Shown one piece after another: positions 9,351-21,641 of a DNA stretch of 64,000 nucleotides. The translations under genes were made by a program, and so were the position numbers. Location of the stretch: NCBI GenBank assembly GCA_002269645.1, contig NIVC01000505.1, positions 124,001 through 188,000 of the forward strand, given 5' to 3'. This DNA comes from Macrostomum lignano. Lineage: Eukaryota. The notes under the pieces were generated by a model. That model had not been told where the DNA came from, searched no databases, and worked only from the letters and a program-made list of their open reading frames with translations. Numbering within the stretch: position 1 is the stretch's first letter; every line of letters starts with the position of its first letter.

Positions 9351-9432
9351 CTTGGTCTCTTTCATTCAGTTTCATTTCATTACATTTTTTTTTTCATTTT
9401 CATTCAGTCAAAGCGCGTCGTTTTCTTTTTTT

Positions 9433-9443
9433 AGGGGGGAGGG
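9433..9443 (+). promoter_or_regulatory. Polypurine tract
   Basis: AGGGGGGAGGG preceded by a T-tract and abutting the TG of the 3' LTR. Confidence 0.92.
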
Positions 9444-10359
9444 TGTTGTGACCTGTGTCACAGTGCTCCCTTGGTGCAAGTGCACTTTGATAGTTGTTGA
9501 CTTTGGTAGTTGATTATTGTTACCCCCCCCCCCCCGGCTCAAGCCAGTCTGGAGCTATGAGCCCTTTGGCTGAGCCTCTGCTCTCTTTCTCTCTCTCTCT
9601 CGCCTTGGCTGTTTAGCCCTTTGGCTAGCCGTGCTGATTGGCTGGGCCTCTGCTCTCTCTCCCTCTCCCTGGCCGTGCGCGCTTCCACCCTCCCCTCGCC
9701 GCAGCCAATCAGCTGTCAATCAGCTCCATTGTTTAAGCCCTTTCTCCCCCCCCCCCTTGTTTGCGCCCCTGCCCCTTTTTACTCGTTATTTAAGGCGACG
9801 CTCAGACCCCGCCCCTTTTCTCACCGTGCCTGCGCCCATTTGCGCCCACCGCGATAAATAAACGAACGTGACCAGCGATCAACCGTAAAGACGGTCTCTT
9901 ACTGCGAAGACTCAATTTATTGCAATCGATCGGCCTTCCCGTGTATGAGTGCTATAATCGACCCGGCCCGGTAAGCTGTCGAGACAATTGCCTGTGTTCC
10001 TCGGGTCGCTCTCCTGATCTCTCTCTCTCTCACTCTCTCCTCAGTCTGACTCACCAGGCTGTCGAGTGGCCGACCGCCCACAGCCCTCTCTCTTTTCCTT
10101 GATTCACCAGGCTGTCGAGTGGCCGACCGCCCGCAGCCCTCTCTCTCTTCCTTGACTCACCAGGCTGTCGAGTGGCCGCCCGCCCACAGCCGCCCCTCCC
10201 CTCTCTCTCGACTTCTCAACCTTGACCTCCCCCCGAAGTGTCCGTACGCCTCGGGGTCGCCGATCGAGCTCGTAAGCCCTGGGCAGTCTAGTACCCGAAC
10301 CCCGACACCGCTACCCGTCGCCCAACCCGGCCGTGCCAGCGAGGAAGGGGGATACAACA
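9444..10359 (+). repeat. 3' LTR (916 bp)
   Basis: Starts TGTTGT directly after the PPT and ends ACAACA (6-bp terminal inverted repeat); AATAAA 9857-9862. Confidence 0.97.
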
Positions 10360-10970
10360 TAGACACGTAAAAGATGTGTGTGACATTAATACATTAATTG
10401 GGAATGCGTGTGACAAGTAAGGAATGATTTTGAATTTCACAAAAAAGTCAATTAGCTAATATATCTGTGATATTACCATCTGTACATAACTGTAACATGG
10501 GTTTGTGTGATTATAAAACTAATTACGGAATACACGCAGGTATACGTACTGTATTTAATATATAGCGTTTAAACAAATCAATTTGTACCTAACAAAACTT
10601 TGCCACACTTGGCTGACGTCAACTGGCGCGTCTGAGCTGCTGGAAAAATATTTATAAGATTGATTTCTTAGAAAACCGCACGCTCTAATATCGTTAAAAT
10701 CTCACTTGAGTGCAATATTGCTGATACAGAAAGTTTTCCATTCTTTATTACTATACCTCAGCTTCTTAGCTGAAGCTTACCTAGCTGAGTTGCTAATGGA
10801 ACAGCTTGTCAACAAAGAAAGCTTTACGAAAATAAACTGCACAAAAACAGGCATGTTGTATTCAAACACGAGCATCTGATCTGCTTGCAACAGAAATCGA
10901 TCGCTGTTTTTGCGCGTCAAAAAATTGATTTTTTTCGCGTAAAACCATAAAATAGTTGCTGAAATTCTGT

Positions 10971-11560
10971 GGCTCATGGGGGGAATTGCTGAGATGTCAA
11001 GGCTCATGGGGGGAATTGCTGAGATGTCAAGGCTCATGGGGGAATTGCTGAGATGCCAAGGCTCATGGGGGAATTGCTGAGATGCCAAGGCTCATGGGGG
11101 GAATTGCTGAGATGTCAAGTCTCATATCCGGGGGAATTGCTGAGATGTCAAGGCTCATGGGGGGAATTGCTGAGATGTCAAGGCTCATGGGGGAATTGCT
11201 GAGATGTCAAGGCTCATGGGGGAATTGCTGAGATGCCAAGGCTCATGGGGGAATTGCTGAGATGCCAAGGCTCATGGGGGGAATTGCTGAGATGTCAAGT
11301 CTCATATCCGGGGGAATTGCTGAGATGTCAAGGCTCATGGGGGGAATTGCTGAGATGTCAAGGCTCATGGGGGGAATTGCTGAGATGTCAAGGCTCATGG
11401 GGGGAATTGCTGAGATGTCAAGGCTCATGGGGGGGATTGCTGAGATGCCAAGGCTCATGGGGAGAATATTACTGAGATGTCAAGGCTCATAGGGAGAATA
11501 TTACTGAGATGTCAAGGCTCAAGGGGAGAATATTACTGAGATGTCAAGGCTCATGGGCAG
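10971..11560. repeat. 29-31-bp minisatellite GGCTCATGGGGGAATTGCTGAGATGTCAA
   Basis: Directly visible tandem array. Confidence 0.9.
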
Positions 11561-11815
11561 AATTGTTAAATGCTTGGCTCATACATTTATGGGTTGCTCA
11601 AATGCCAAAGCACATAAGAGATCTGATATCCTTAGACTAAATAGCTGGATTTCAGATCGAATTCTGTTCTGCTTAAAAAATCGTTTTATCAGAAATAGAA
11701 ATCAACAATGGGTGACCGTACAAGGTCACAACCTATCTTTGTTCAAACATTTTTATCTGTAACTTTTTTCCACACATATCGTCACAAAAACACGTACGCG
11801 AGGATATATCCTTAC

Positions 11816-12536
11816 CAAGCTTTGAAACGCCAATTTCTTCCAGATCTTCCCAGGCCATGTTGGCTAAGTCTTGCACTAGCGCGAAGCCCTGCTGTCGAAG
11901 ACAATCAGCGACACAGTCTGACAGGCCGAGGCGTTGACAGAACTGGCCGACATCGTCCATAGGATGAGCCGATGCTGCGGCCTCTTCAATTGAGTCAGGT
12001 AGCGCTGCCAGTCGCAAGTAGTTCGCCAGACGAACCAGCTCCTGGCGAAGGCGCTTTCGATGCTTGGGATCAGTCAGACCGACTGCGTTGAGATCTTCCG
12101 GAGTGCAGCGGATCAGCGTGGCCAGATCGTAGCCAGCCTCCTGGAAGTTGTCCAGATACAGACCGAACTGACAGGCATTGAGAAACTTTTCGAGCTGTTG
12201 CTCACTGCTCAGGCCGGCCCTGTGCCAATCTGCTGGGTTGTACGGAGGCTCGATGGTCAATTGATCGCCAGTCGAGCTGCTCACGGACGAATTGGCATCG
12301 TCTGGCAGGCTGCCAAGACTACCCGAGGAGCACGTGCTTACTAGGCTCTGCCGTGGTCCCAGGCCGGAGTCTTGCGAGCCTCCAACGCGACTGGTGGAAG
12401 TGCAGGCGGCGGATCCTGCAACGCCTCCGCCACTGACACCAGCGGCTGCTGACGTTGCGACAGGAGCTCCAGTTGATGTCGATGCCAATCGACTGTTGCT
12501 AGCGGTGCTGCTTTGCGGTGGCAGAGCGAAGGCGAC
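11816..12536 (-). CDS. CASKIN: Caskin exon 10, SAM1 and most of SAM2
   Basis: 721 nt; NFQEAGYDLATLIRCTPEDLNAVG..HRKR and WEDLEEIGVSKLG match Caskin SAM1/SAM2; acceptor TTTTAG, donor GTAAGG; phases 0/1. Confidence 0.93.
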
Positions 12537-13062
12537 CTAAAATGTCAATGTTTCATGCTTTTCTGACTTCGTTCATGTAAAAATACTGTAAGCTTGCGCG
12601 TAATCTACTGCTAGTAGAGCGCTGAAGATTTACTTATTATAGTTTAATTAGATTTAGCGGGTTTTAGCCTGTGTTTTTGGAGGTTAATCAAAAACCTCAT
12701 GGAAAACAGGTAAAATCGATTGGTAGAAGAAATTGTGACAATCATTAGGTTTTCCGCTCTAAATTAAAAGATAGCGTTTCTTGCCTTTTTACGGTACATG
12801 TTCTACCAATAAATATTAAAATATTATGGATCATACCAGCGTAGATTATGCACATGACAAGCGTCGGAACGTTTGAAAAAGTGGGGGGCAGGTGGTACCC
12901 ATTGATGCCCCGGCCCCCGACTTCAAAAGTGGCGCTCCATGGACTTCCATGGACCATGGCCTATGATACATATGGAAAATTCAGTGTTATTGGAATATTC
13001 TTTGCAATGAGACAAAAGTAATCCTAAACTTTATAGTAGCTCTTTTACACACCACTTTGCAA

Positions 13063-13136
13063 GGCCGAGTAGCTCAGTTGGTTAGAGCGTCGTGCTGATA
13101 ACGCGAAGGTCGAGGGTTCGAGCCCCTCCCCGGCCA
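13063..13136 (+). tRNA. tRNA-Ile, anticodon GAT (13097-13099)
   Basis: 74-nt cloverleaf: D GCTC/GAGC, anticodon stem TCGTG/CGCGA, loop CTGATAA, T stem GAGGG/CCCTC, acceptor with one A-C mismatch. A box TAGCTCAGTTGG, B box GGTTCGAGCC, T6 terminator 13141-13146. Confidence 0.88.
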
Positions 13137-13194
13137 GATATTTTTTCAGATTTTTATTTCAAGTTTGGCTTTCATTCGGGTAATTTTTTCTTAC

Positions 13195-13757
13195 CCTAGA
13201 ATCGCAGCTGGTTGCCGTGTGAGAACTGCTCCGACCGCTATCAAGGCTGGCCGCGCTGTTCCTGTTGCCGCTGCCACCGCCACTGATTCCCGGAGGCGAC
13301 GGCGCCCCGATGCCAACAACGGCAGAATCCGACGAATTCGTTGACGCAGCCGAAGTTTGTGTTGAAATTGGCAGCTGCGGAATTGCGCAAGGCACGAGGC
13401 CCTCCGAATGCCGGCCGGCTTGGTGGTTAAAATAACCTGTGCCGGCCTGTTGGAGGTGACTTGGCAGAGGCGGATGCGAAGTTGAACCAACCGACAGACT
13501 CCTGCCGCCAGTCGATGCGTCATTTGATCCTGATGGCGGTCTTTGCTCCGGCTGATGTCGACTAGCTTGGATTTGCACGGCGCTGCTTGGGAAGTAGCCA
13601 GCCCTGGACAGGCCCTGGCTAGTGACGTAGCCCTTCCAGATGTCACCGGCGCGCTCCAGCACGGTGAGTCTCTCACCGCACCGAAATGCGATGCTTTTAG
13701 GGTCGGCTAGATCGCAGAAATCGCGAACAGCGACGGCCTCGACCGCTGATAGGCGTT
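13195..13757 (-). CDS. CASKIN: Caskin exon 9, SH3 domain + Ser-rich linker
   Basis: 563 nt; AVAVRDFCD...WKG...RAGYFPSS, similar to the Caskin SH3 RVGYFPSS; acceptor CTGCAG, donor GTAAGA; phases 1/0. Confidence 0.92.
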
Positions 13758-14409
13758 CTGCAGAAGTTGCATGTTGGTAAACGACAGATTTCCGCTTCAA
13801 ATTAAAATAATGTAAATTTCTGCTTTATTAAACAGTATACAAAACATATCGGCAAAAAAGCACTTTTTCCATGTTTCATTACCTATGAAGAGATTTTTGA
13901 GAAAATAAAAGGTTTAATGAATTCCAGATTAAAAATAAACGACATTTCGTCTGTTGATTTTGTTTTTAACCAATTTTATTAAATCGAAAGTATGTATGAT
14001 CGTCTAATGCCTTGTGCAATAATTACCTTTATAAAGTTGTTTTTCGATACATATCGGATGAAAAGTTTCATTGCACTTTTTCGTGAATTCTTTTAAAACG
14101 TTTATTGATTGGAGCAAAAAATTTAAAGACAGCAGATGTCGGGTCAATTTAAATCGGATCAATTTATTTTCAGTTTCAAAAGCATTTTTTCGCGAAACGA
14201 CTGCAACAAACAATTGATTCACTAAATAAATTGCTAACACCCAGTACTGATAGCCACAATATTCATTATTTCCGAATCACGATGCGGCTGTCTGCCGTCT
14301 GCTCTTTGATTTATGATAGCTATTGCGGGAATTGAAAGTATTTTATGCTTATAGAATCCGTATTTTATTCGGTTGCTGGTTGTAGTTTTTCCCAGTTGCT
14401 CTTTTAGCT

Positions 14410-14790
14410 AGTATTGGGGGAGCTAGTTTAGTTGCTATGGCGCTAGTCCTGTTTCTAGGGGAGCTAATATAGTTTCTAGGGGAGCTAGTCATGTTGCTAG
14501 GGAGCTAGTCTTGTTGCTAGGACGCTAGTACTGTTGCTAGGGCAACTATTTTTGTTGCTAGGGCGCTAGTCCTGTTGCTAGGGCGACTATTTTTGTTGCT
14601 AGGGCGCTAGTCCTGTTGCTAGGGCAGCTAATATAGTTTCTAGGGGAGCTAGTCTTGTAGCTAGGGAAGCCAGTTATGTTGCTCTGGTAGCTAGTCTTGT
14701 TGCTAGGGCAGCTTAGTCATGTTGCTAGGGGAGCCAGTTATGTTGCTAGGGGAGCCAATCATGTTGCTAGGGCAGCTAATATTGTAGTCA
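14410..14790. repeat. ~20-bp degenerate minisatellite GTTGCTAGGG(G)AGCTAGTC
   Basis: Directly visible. Confidence 0.8.
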
Positions 14791-15628
14791 GGGTAGCCAA
14801 TATTGTTGTCTAAGTACAAAAATATTGTATCTTAAGTCATTACCAAACTAAATATTTGCCAGTCAGTATCTTAGTTATGTTTGGTGGCATTTTACCATTT
14901 GTGACATTCCAAAGTACTTTTCAGCGGCTTCAATGTAAAAAAGTCTATTTTCAGGAGAAAGGAATTGAATACAAAAAGTGCACGAATTAGCTTGTATCCA
15001 GGAATAGCTAGCGACTCCCATTTGGCATGTAATGCAAAGAAGCCTCCATGACACACGCGGATCGAAGCTGTAAAAAATATCATAACCACAGCGACCTCGG
15101 CGCCCTAAAAGTCTGAACGACGATATAAGTCTTAACGACCAAAACTTTTTTGGGCTACAGTTTGGTCGTTTTATGATCTTGCGTTTTGCGAGTTATGGCA
15201 TGAAGCACAAGTACAAATACTGAGCGTATTGAGTAATAAATACAATTTCGAAAGGCAGAAAGTTAAACCACGAGTAATTAATTTTGTTAGATATCAATCT
15301 ATCTACGAGTATCTCGTTATGCATTGCATTGCATGTGTCCATTCAGAGCTTGTTTATTAAAACAAAAAAACTATGTAGCCATTCACGAAAGGCAAATTAG
15401 AGTGTTTATTATTCTATATACGAACCAACATCATATAAACTACGCAAAATATTTTTTTGTATTTTTTAAAGATTTGTTTAACTGCAGTTTGATTTCTCAG
15501 AAAAATTTATCAACCAATAAAAATACATTTCCCCTAATTAAATCTGACTATTGATTTAGGTATTTTGTTAAATTTTGTAAAACTTCCACCAGCCATTAAA
15601 ACTTTCGAATTCGATTGAAGTTACTCAC

Positions 15629-15731
15629 CCGACAGCATCTGATTGAGCTCCCTCGCGTGCGGCGTGTCTCTCGTTATCAAATCTTTTGCAGTCTGCCCGT
15701 TGCTGTTCTGCAGTGTCGGATCAATGCCTCG
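15629..15731 (-). CDS. CASKIN: Caskin exon 8, end of ankyrin region (RGIDPTLQNSNGQTAKDLI...ARELNQMLS)
   Basis: 103 nt; acceptor TTGCAG, donor GTGAGT; phases 0/1. Confidence 0.88.
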
Positions 15732-16491
15732 CTGCAATTCGAAAACAGGAAAGGATTATAACAAAATCGATCGAGCTGAGAAGAGGAGAACGAGAGGATG
15801 TGTGTGTAAGGCGTCCTTCGGATCAATACTAGTTGGCTACCAACATCTCAGGCATATTGGCTGAATTAACTTTTTTGGACATTTGCCAAGAATTAAATAT
15901 TCAATCATGGTAAAGTTGCAATGGACAGGCTGAATTCTACAAGATTACAATATTGGACCACCCAAATACTACATGGAATCCAAATCAGGATAGAAATTGT
16001 TTAATTATGATGCTGCTACCAAACCCATCGGTTTTTGCACTAACTCATTGCCCACAGGCCTGAAGTCGCCTCATAAATTAGTTCTTAGTTGCAAGCCGGA
16101 ATCGAGGCCATATTGCCTGCACAACACAAAATATGCAGCCGGCGCGTCCTGCCTTTCTCTCTTGATCTTGTTCCCGTATTTTAGCCGCGCGCTATCGAAA
16201 AGAAGATAAACAAATTCTCTGATAGTTGAGAGTCTTCGCCTGTAGGGGATCGTAAAAGGCTTTAAAGAACCAGAATTCCCTATATGGCTATCTATAGATA
16301 TACAAAACTGGAATGCAACGTTGTTCTGGTTGTATAGCATATGCCCAATAGTTTTGCGAAAACTGATCAAGGATGCGCTGAAGCAATTCATTAGGTTAGG
16401 TACATGTACACTTGATGAGAGATAAAGAGCCTGCTTAATTAACCTCTCTCCAGTTCACCCTGATTTGACTGCTCCACAAATCGAAACTCAC

Positions 16492-16797
16492 TGGCAACGA
16501 GTCACTGCCGTAGCAGCTCAAACTCAAACTATTCGATCGCGGCGGTCTATAAGGCAAAACAATGGCCGGGCCCCCGGCCGCAGGCATGAATACACTGCCA
16601 TTGCTGCCACCGACTGAGTTTCCCAAACTGCCGATGCTACTGCCGCTACTGTGTGACTGTCGACCAGCTACAAATGCTGGGACGCCTTGAGCAGCTCGTT
16701 CGGCTGCTGTGCGAAGTCTGAGCTTGACAGTGTCCAAGCGTAACGGGCCCAACGGAGGGGGAATCTCAAAAGGCAACGGAGCTAATTGTTGTTGCTG

Positions 16798-16829
<32 letters not shown>

Positions 16830-17031
16830 GCTGCTGCTGCTGCGATCGAAACAATGTCGGAGACGCTGGAGGCTGAGTTGTCAACGGTCGTCGATGCGGC
16901 GGAGGCGGTGGCGGTGACGGCTGCGTCTGTCGACTACCAGTCGTCGATTTGGACACCGATTTGTCCAGAAACTCGGCCGGTGGAGGCGGAAGCGCTTCCG
17001 GATTCACTGAGTAAACTTTGCTGCCCAGCAT
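16492..17031 (-). CDS. CASKIN: Putative alternative first (or cassette) exon of Caskin, 180 Pro/Gln/Ser-rich codons
   Basis: ATG 17031 is open for exactly 540 nt to a GTGAGT donor at 16491-16486. It ends in phase 0, in frame with exon 8; composition resembles exon 1. Confidence 0.55.
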
Positions 17032-17414
17032 TTCAGTGTTAAAGTGGCTTTTCTATGACTCGCTATTCAATTAGGCTTGGCTTCGTAGCATGATAGCGCA
17101 AGTCTTTCCAGCGTTTAAGGACAAGGTGAAGTATCTTTAAACGGAACGTCAAAGTCTGTGACAACCAACAGTAGCCTGTCTGTGTGCAGTTTTTAGGAAT
17201 TAATTCTAAACAAGCTGCTTGTATCGCTTGAGCTTTACGGTTTTTAAATCTCAGAGTTGCGTCGAAAAATAAGCATAATATTTTTGGGCAAGAGTGGAGG
17301 ACAGGGCAGGTTTTCGAAATTTTGCATTGTTCAGCTCTCTTCTCTCATCTAACGATGAGACAACTACCATGAGTTGGGCTTGTGCAAGTTCGCCAGCAAT
17401 GTACACGCTAGGGC

Positions 17415-17451
<37 letters not shown>

Positions 17452-18487
17452 TTAAGGCGAGAGAGGCGAGAGAGCGAAGCCGAGATGAAAAGCAAATTGC
17501 GCTCAACCACGCAGTTGCTCATGGGTATATGAGATATAAACCTGTCCCTTGGTGCTCTGTAGATGTCTGCTAGCTAGCCAGGTCGCATCTGAACAGGTAT
17601 CTTTCTTCGAATTATATTCGAGCTCAGCTAGGTGCGTTTACATCAACTGTCTCTCTAAACTCTTCGAAAAAATAGTGCTCACAATTAAATGATAGCTTTC
17701 TCCAGTCTGTGCAAGCAGCCTCTATACTCGTGCAATCCACTTTAACCGCACACCGTGCCCAAGTCCCCAGCATCTTCTTTGAGATTTTTATCTCAGACCC
17801 AAAAGCTGAAAAAGTACCCATATACGGGCACAATGGAGATGCAGGGTAAAAATAAGGGCCCACCCTATTATTGCAATAATTGTTGCATGCAATTAACCAC
17901 TTAGATTTTTTTAGTAGGGCGTGCTATTTTAATAATTTCAAATTGTTGGCAAGTGTAAATTTTTTTTTTAACTGAATCAAGTTTTGGCCTGTCAGTCACG
18001 CCTTCTGCACGCTGTTCCTGATCAAACACAGCTGGCTTAGAAAACTATAAAATTGGAGTCTACTCAAGTATGGTACCTATACAACTTTCCCTTCTACAAC
18101 TCGTATATAAGCTTTAGCCGCGAATAGAGATACTCGTTGATCAGAATGAGTCCGAAATCCACGATGACTCATCGACGTTATGTTTCCCCTGCAGCAGCTA
18201 CGAGCCCTTGCGCCTGACCATTGACTATAGCAAGCGTTTCTCTTCCCATTCCTTATCTTCTCTCTTCCCTCTTTCATTCCATATTACTGGTCGACTTGTT
18301 CGCCAACAGAAATTCAATTTGCTCCCTTGTGCATCATGGATACATGCAGGGAGGGGAGAGTTCGACCCCGTCTACTCATGGTCAGAGAGTCGAAATGGTC
18401 GAATCTGTTTTATTATTTGAGTTGTCGATGAACGGACTCTGGATGACTCATGCGTGCTGCGCCCTATAGAGATGAAGTTTTACAGCT

Positions 18488-18562
18488 CAGCGGTCGGCAA
18501 AGTCCGAACGAAGCCTCTCTATCCGGCCCTCGGGTCCTTTGAAAATTCACAGTAGCAATCCG
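18488..18562 (+). mobile_element. hAT-like MITE end fragment
   Basis: CAGCGGTCGGCAAA start; shares CGAAGCC..CTATCCGGCC..GTCCTT.GAAA.TTCACA.TAGCAATCCG with 34287-34379. Confidence 0.4.
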
Positions 18563-19167
18563 AAAATGTCTCGTCTCAACTCTATTCTCTATATCCTCTT
18601 CCTCTATCTTCTATTTCCTCTCCTTCCTCTATCATCTTGTCTGCAGCCGTGAGAACTAGAATAGATTAAATCCAGCCCCTGGTTTTCGAGGAGTATACAC
18701 ATGTCGATCACTTTCGAATCTTCGCCAAGATTTCGGTAATTCGAAAATAATATTGTGTAGCAAGATTACTGAGATTTCTGAGGTCGTGCTTCTCCTTGGA
18801 GGCATTTCTCCTTGAAGAATACTTTCTTTTGAAGTTTAGCGACTTTAGCCTTGAACAGAATGAATCATCTTTGTTTTACTGCGCTGTTTCGGCTCTGTCT
18901 TGCTACACGGGTGACTTTAATTTCTAAATTAAACGAAATTAACGTCTGTTGAAGCGAATTTTAAAAATAATTAGCCCGCATCAAAATAACAAATTTAGAT
19001 TAGCTAGTGAGAACTGCGCAAAACATAAGATAGACACTTAATCAGATTATGAACATGTTCTATCCAGTACATTTTTTATTAGAAGCAGGGGGTTGTGTGC
19101 ATTCTGGCGCACGTTAAGCGACATTGTAACACAACCGGCGAGAGGCATTTCTGCCCATTCGGCCGAC

Positions 19168-19364
19168 TCCCCTGAGCAGGCACACAAGCGCGCAGGCACA
19201 CTCACACAGGAGTGTACAGCGGCCCTAACTTTATTTATCTTTAGGCATGTACACTTCACTGTGGCCCTCAAGGCGGCCGTTAATTAGAGATCCCAAATTA
19301 GCCCCAAATTAATGTGAGTGCACTTGGAATCGAGCCTGGGCCGCTGGAACATCAGAGAGCCGCG
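19168..19364. repeat. Unclassified interspersed repeat, copy 1
   Basis: Reverse-complement match to 35545-35793 (e.g. CACTTGGAATCGAGCCTGGGCCGCTGG and ATAAATAAAGTTAGGGCCGCTGTACACTCC). Confidence 0.75.
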
Positions 19365-19494
19365 CCAGACCGCTGGGCTACGGCCCCCTATCCCATGCAT
19401 GCATCTTATCTCATTTTCAGAGAGTGCACATTGTGGCCCCAAAACAAGAGAGCATCAAGTCTTTAAGCTCCGAATCGTTGCAGCTCAAGCTCAC

Positions 19495-19606
19495 CTCAAG
19501 CAGCAGTCGAGCAGCATCTAGATGACCATGTGCCACAGCCAGGTGCAGACAGGTGCCCTGAGCAGTCAGACGGTTCACATTAACACCGGATTGATTCAGT
19601 AGCAGT
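19495..19606 (-). CDS. CASKIN: Caskin exon 7, ankyrin repeat (LLLNQSGVNVNRLTAQGTCLHLAVAHGHLDAARLLLE)
   Basis: 112 nt; acceptor TTTCAG, donor GTGAGC; phases 2/0. Confidence 0.9.
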
Positions 19607-20745
19607 CTGAAAATTTGGTAAAACAACAAACTTTAGACGAATCGATTCTCAATCAGTGCTCAGAGAAAGTCAATTTGAAAATTTTGGAATTCGGAAAGTC
19701 TAGTTTTAACAGAGAAAGATACGATATAATAAAACTTTTGCATCCTATGTTAATTATCCACTATACTACTTCGTATATATATTTTACCAAGCTAGCCAGT
19801 AACTCCGCAAACGAAAATCCTAAATATTTGAGTTGACCATAAAACACTGACCCAGAATGCATATAGATAAGACTGTGAGAGGTGGGGGTTCAGGAAACTA
19901 CTCCAAGCGAGAGGTCAAGGATGCCCTCTGTTTCCTATATATATATATATACGATATCTAAAGACCATACTGGAGGAACCTCTGCAACTGAGGGGTCACG
20001 TCCTTAAAATGTAACGACGATAAGAGGTGCTGCGTGTGCGCATGGGCAATTATATCACTCGGCCATGCGGTAGTTAACATGTATAGAAGCAGTGCCAATA
20101 CTGTTCAGAGGATAATGGATAGCGCTAGAATTTCTCTCACAACAAAACGTTGATAAACCAGAGGTTTGACCCTTTTTACAGCTTTGTTTCTATGAATTGA
20201 TGATAACCAGCTAGTTGAAGATAAAAGCAAGGCTTTTTTGGGAGATTAAAAAAAAATTGAAAGCACTTTGTTCTTCCTAAAGTGGCACTTGGGAATTGGG
20301 ATTAGTAGGAGTCATCGAGTTACAAAAAAAACAGTTAAAATATATATTTTAACTAGTTGAAAATCTATATTTCAAAATGGCCTGCTTTAGCAAGATTAAT
20401 CCAGTGATAAAAAGAAATGAGAGGAAAGACGGGGATACAGATCTATATTACAGAAATTGGATAGAGTGCGATATAGATAGGCAGCTAGAGGATTAGGTGA
20501 AGTAGGCAGAAAGGGAGGTGGAGAGGTAGAGAGTGAGGTGGTAGAGAGGTACAGAGAGGTAGAGAGGGAGGCAGACAGGGAAGTAGAGGGAGAGAGGTAG
20601 AGAGGGAGGCAGACAAGGAAGTAGAGGGAGAGAGGTAGAGAGGGAGGCAGACAGGGAATTAGAGGGAGAGAGGTAGAGAGGGAGGCGGTAGAGGCACAGG
20701 AGCACAGGGGAGCAGTGCTGTCAGTCTCCCAGATCAGTGCCTCAC

Positions 20746-20912
20746 CGCAGCACATCCGTGTGGCCATTCCTAGCCGTCAAATGCAGACAAGACGGCAGAT
20801 TCTGCTGCTGCCGCTTTGTGCCCTCTTTTGCGTCGTCGGCGGCAGTAAAGAAGTGGCAATCTTCGTACAGCAGACCGGTAACCGACTTCATGGACACGAG
20901 CAGCTGGGCGAT
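20746..20912 (-). CDS. CASKIN: Caskin exon 6, ankyrin repeat (IAQLLVSMKSV...PSCLHLTARNGHTDVLR)
   Basis: 167 nt; acceptor ACACAG, donor GTGAGG; similar to Caskin SPLHLAAKNGHIDIIR; phases 0/2. Confidence 0.9.
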
Positions 20913-21277
20913 CTGTGTTGGTTCGAGAAAAAAACAAGGGCACTTTGCTACTAAAGTTACGAATTTCCGTATAGAAACCACACATGGGGTTGTAAAAGCC
21001 AGAGGACCCACTGCGGCAAAGACAGGAAGTTCTCATCTGAATCTACTCAGTGCATGCAGCGGAGCAGGTTATAATTCGAATTTTATAGCTCCTTCGCTTT
21101 CTTTATGCGGAAGGTGAGGCCTGGATAGTAAAGCTTTATGCTGCGTAGAAAAAAACGTAAACGTAATTTCTCGTGGCTTGAAAATCTGAAAATAATTTTA
21201 CTATTAAATATGAAAGATCTATAAAGCTAAAATACGAAATTAAGTCATTTAAAACGTATAAGATCTAGACGCGTTCA

Positions 21278-21500
21278 CAGGACACTGAGGCACTTACAGA
21301 GGACTTACAGGACACTGAGACACATACAGAGGACTTACAGGACAATGAGACACCCACAAAGGACTTACGGGACACCAAGACACCTACAGAGGACTTACAG
21401 GACACTGAGACACACAGGAGTTACAGTATACTGAGACACCTACAGAAAACTTACAAGACACTGAGACACATACAGAGGACTTACAGAAGAACTTACTGAG
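21278..21500. repeat. 30-bp minisatellite ACAGAGGACTTACAGGACACTGAGACAC..
   Basis: Directly visible. Confidence 0.8.
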
Positions 21501-21641
21501 ACATACAGAAGGAATACACACAGACATCTCAGATGAGTAGACAGAAGACCTACACGACAATGTGACACCAAACAGAAGACTCACAAGACAGAGTACCTTA
21601 TAAAAAAGTAAAAAAGGCAAGGAAAGTTAGACAAGACTCAC

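Larger units (their letters stand above)
1859..10359 (+). mobile_element. Full-length Ty3/Gypsy (Metaviridae) LTR retrotransposon with extra 3' ORFs, antisense in a Caskin intron
   Basis: Near-identical LTRs, PBS, gag with CCHC, pol in PR-RT-RH-IN order, PPT; flanked by the direct repeat TAGACACG (1851-1858 and 10360-10367). Confidence 0.97.

Noticed and set aside
9003-9434. Six overlapping ORFs of about 100-125 aa
   Set aside because: Products of the GC-rich 19-20-bp repeat, which lacks stops in most frames.
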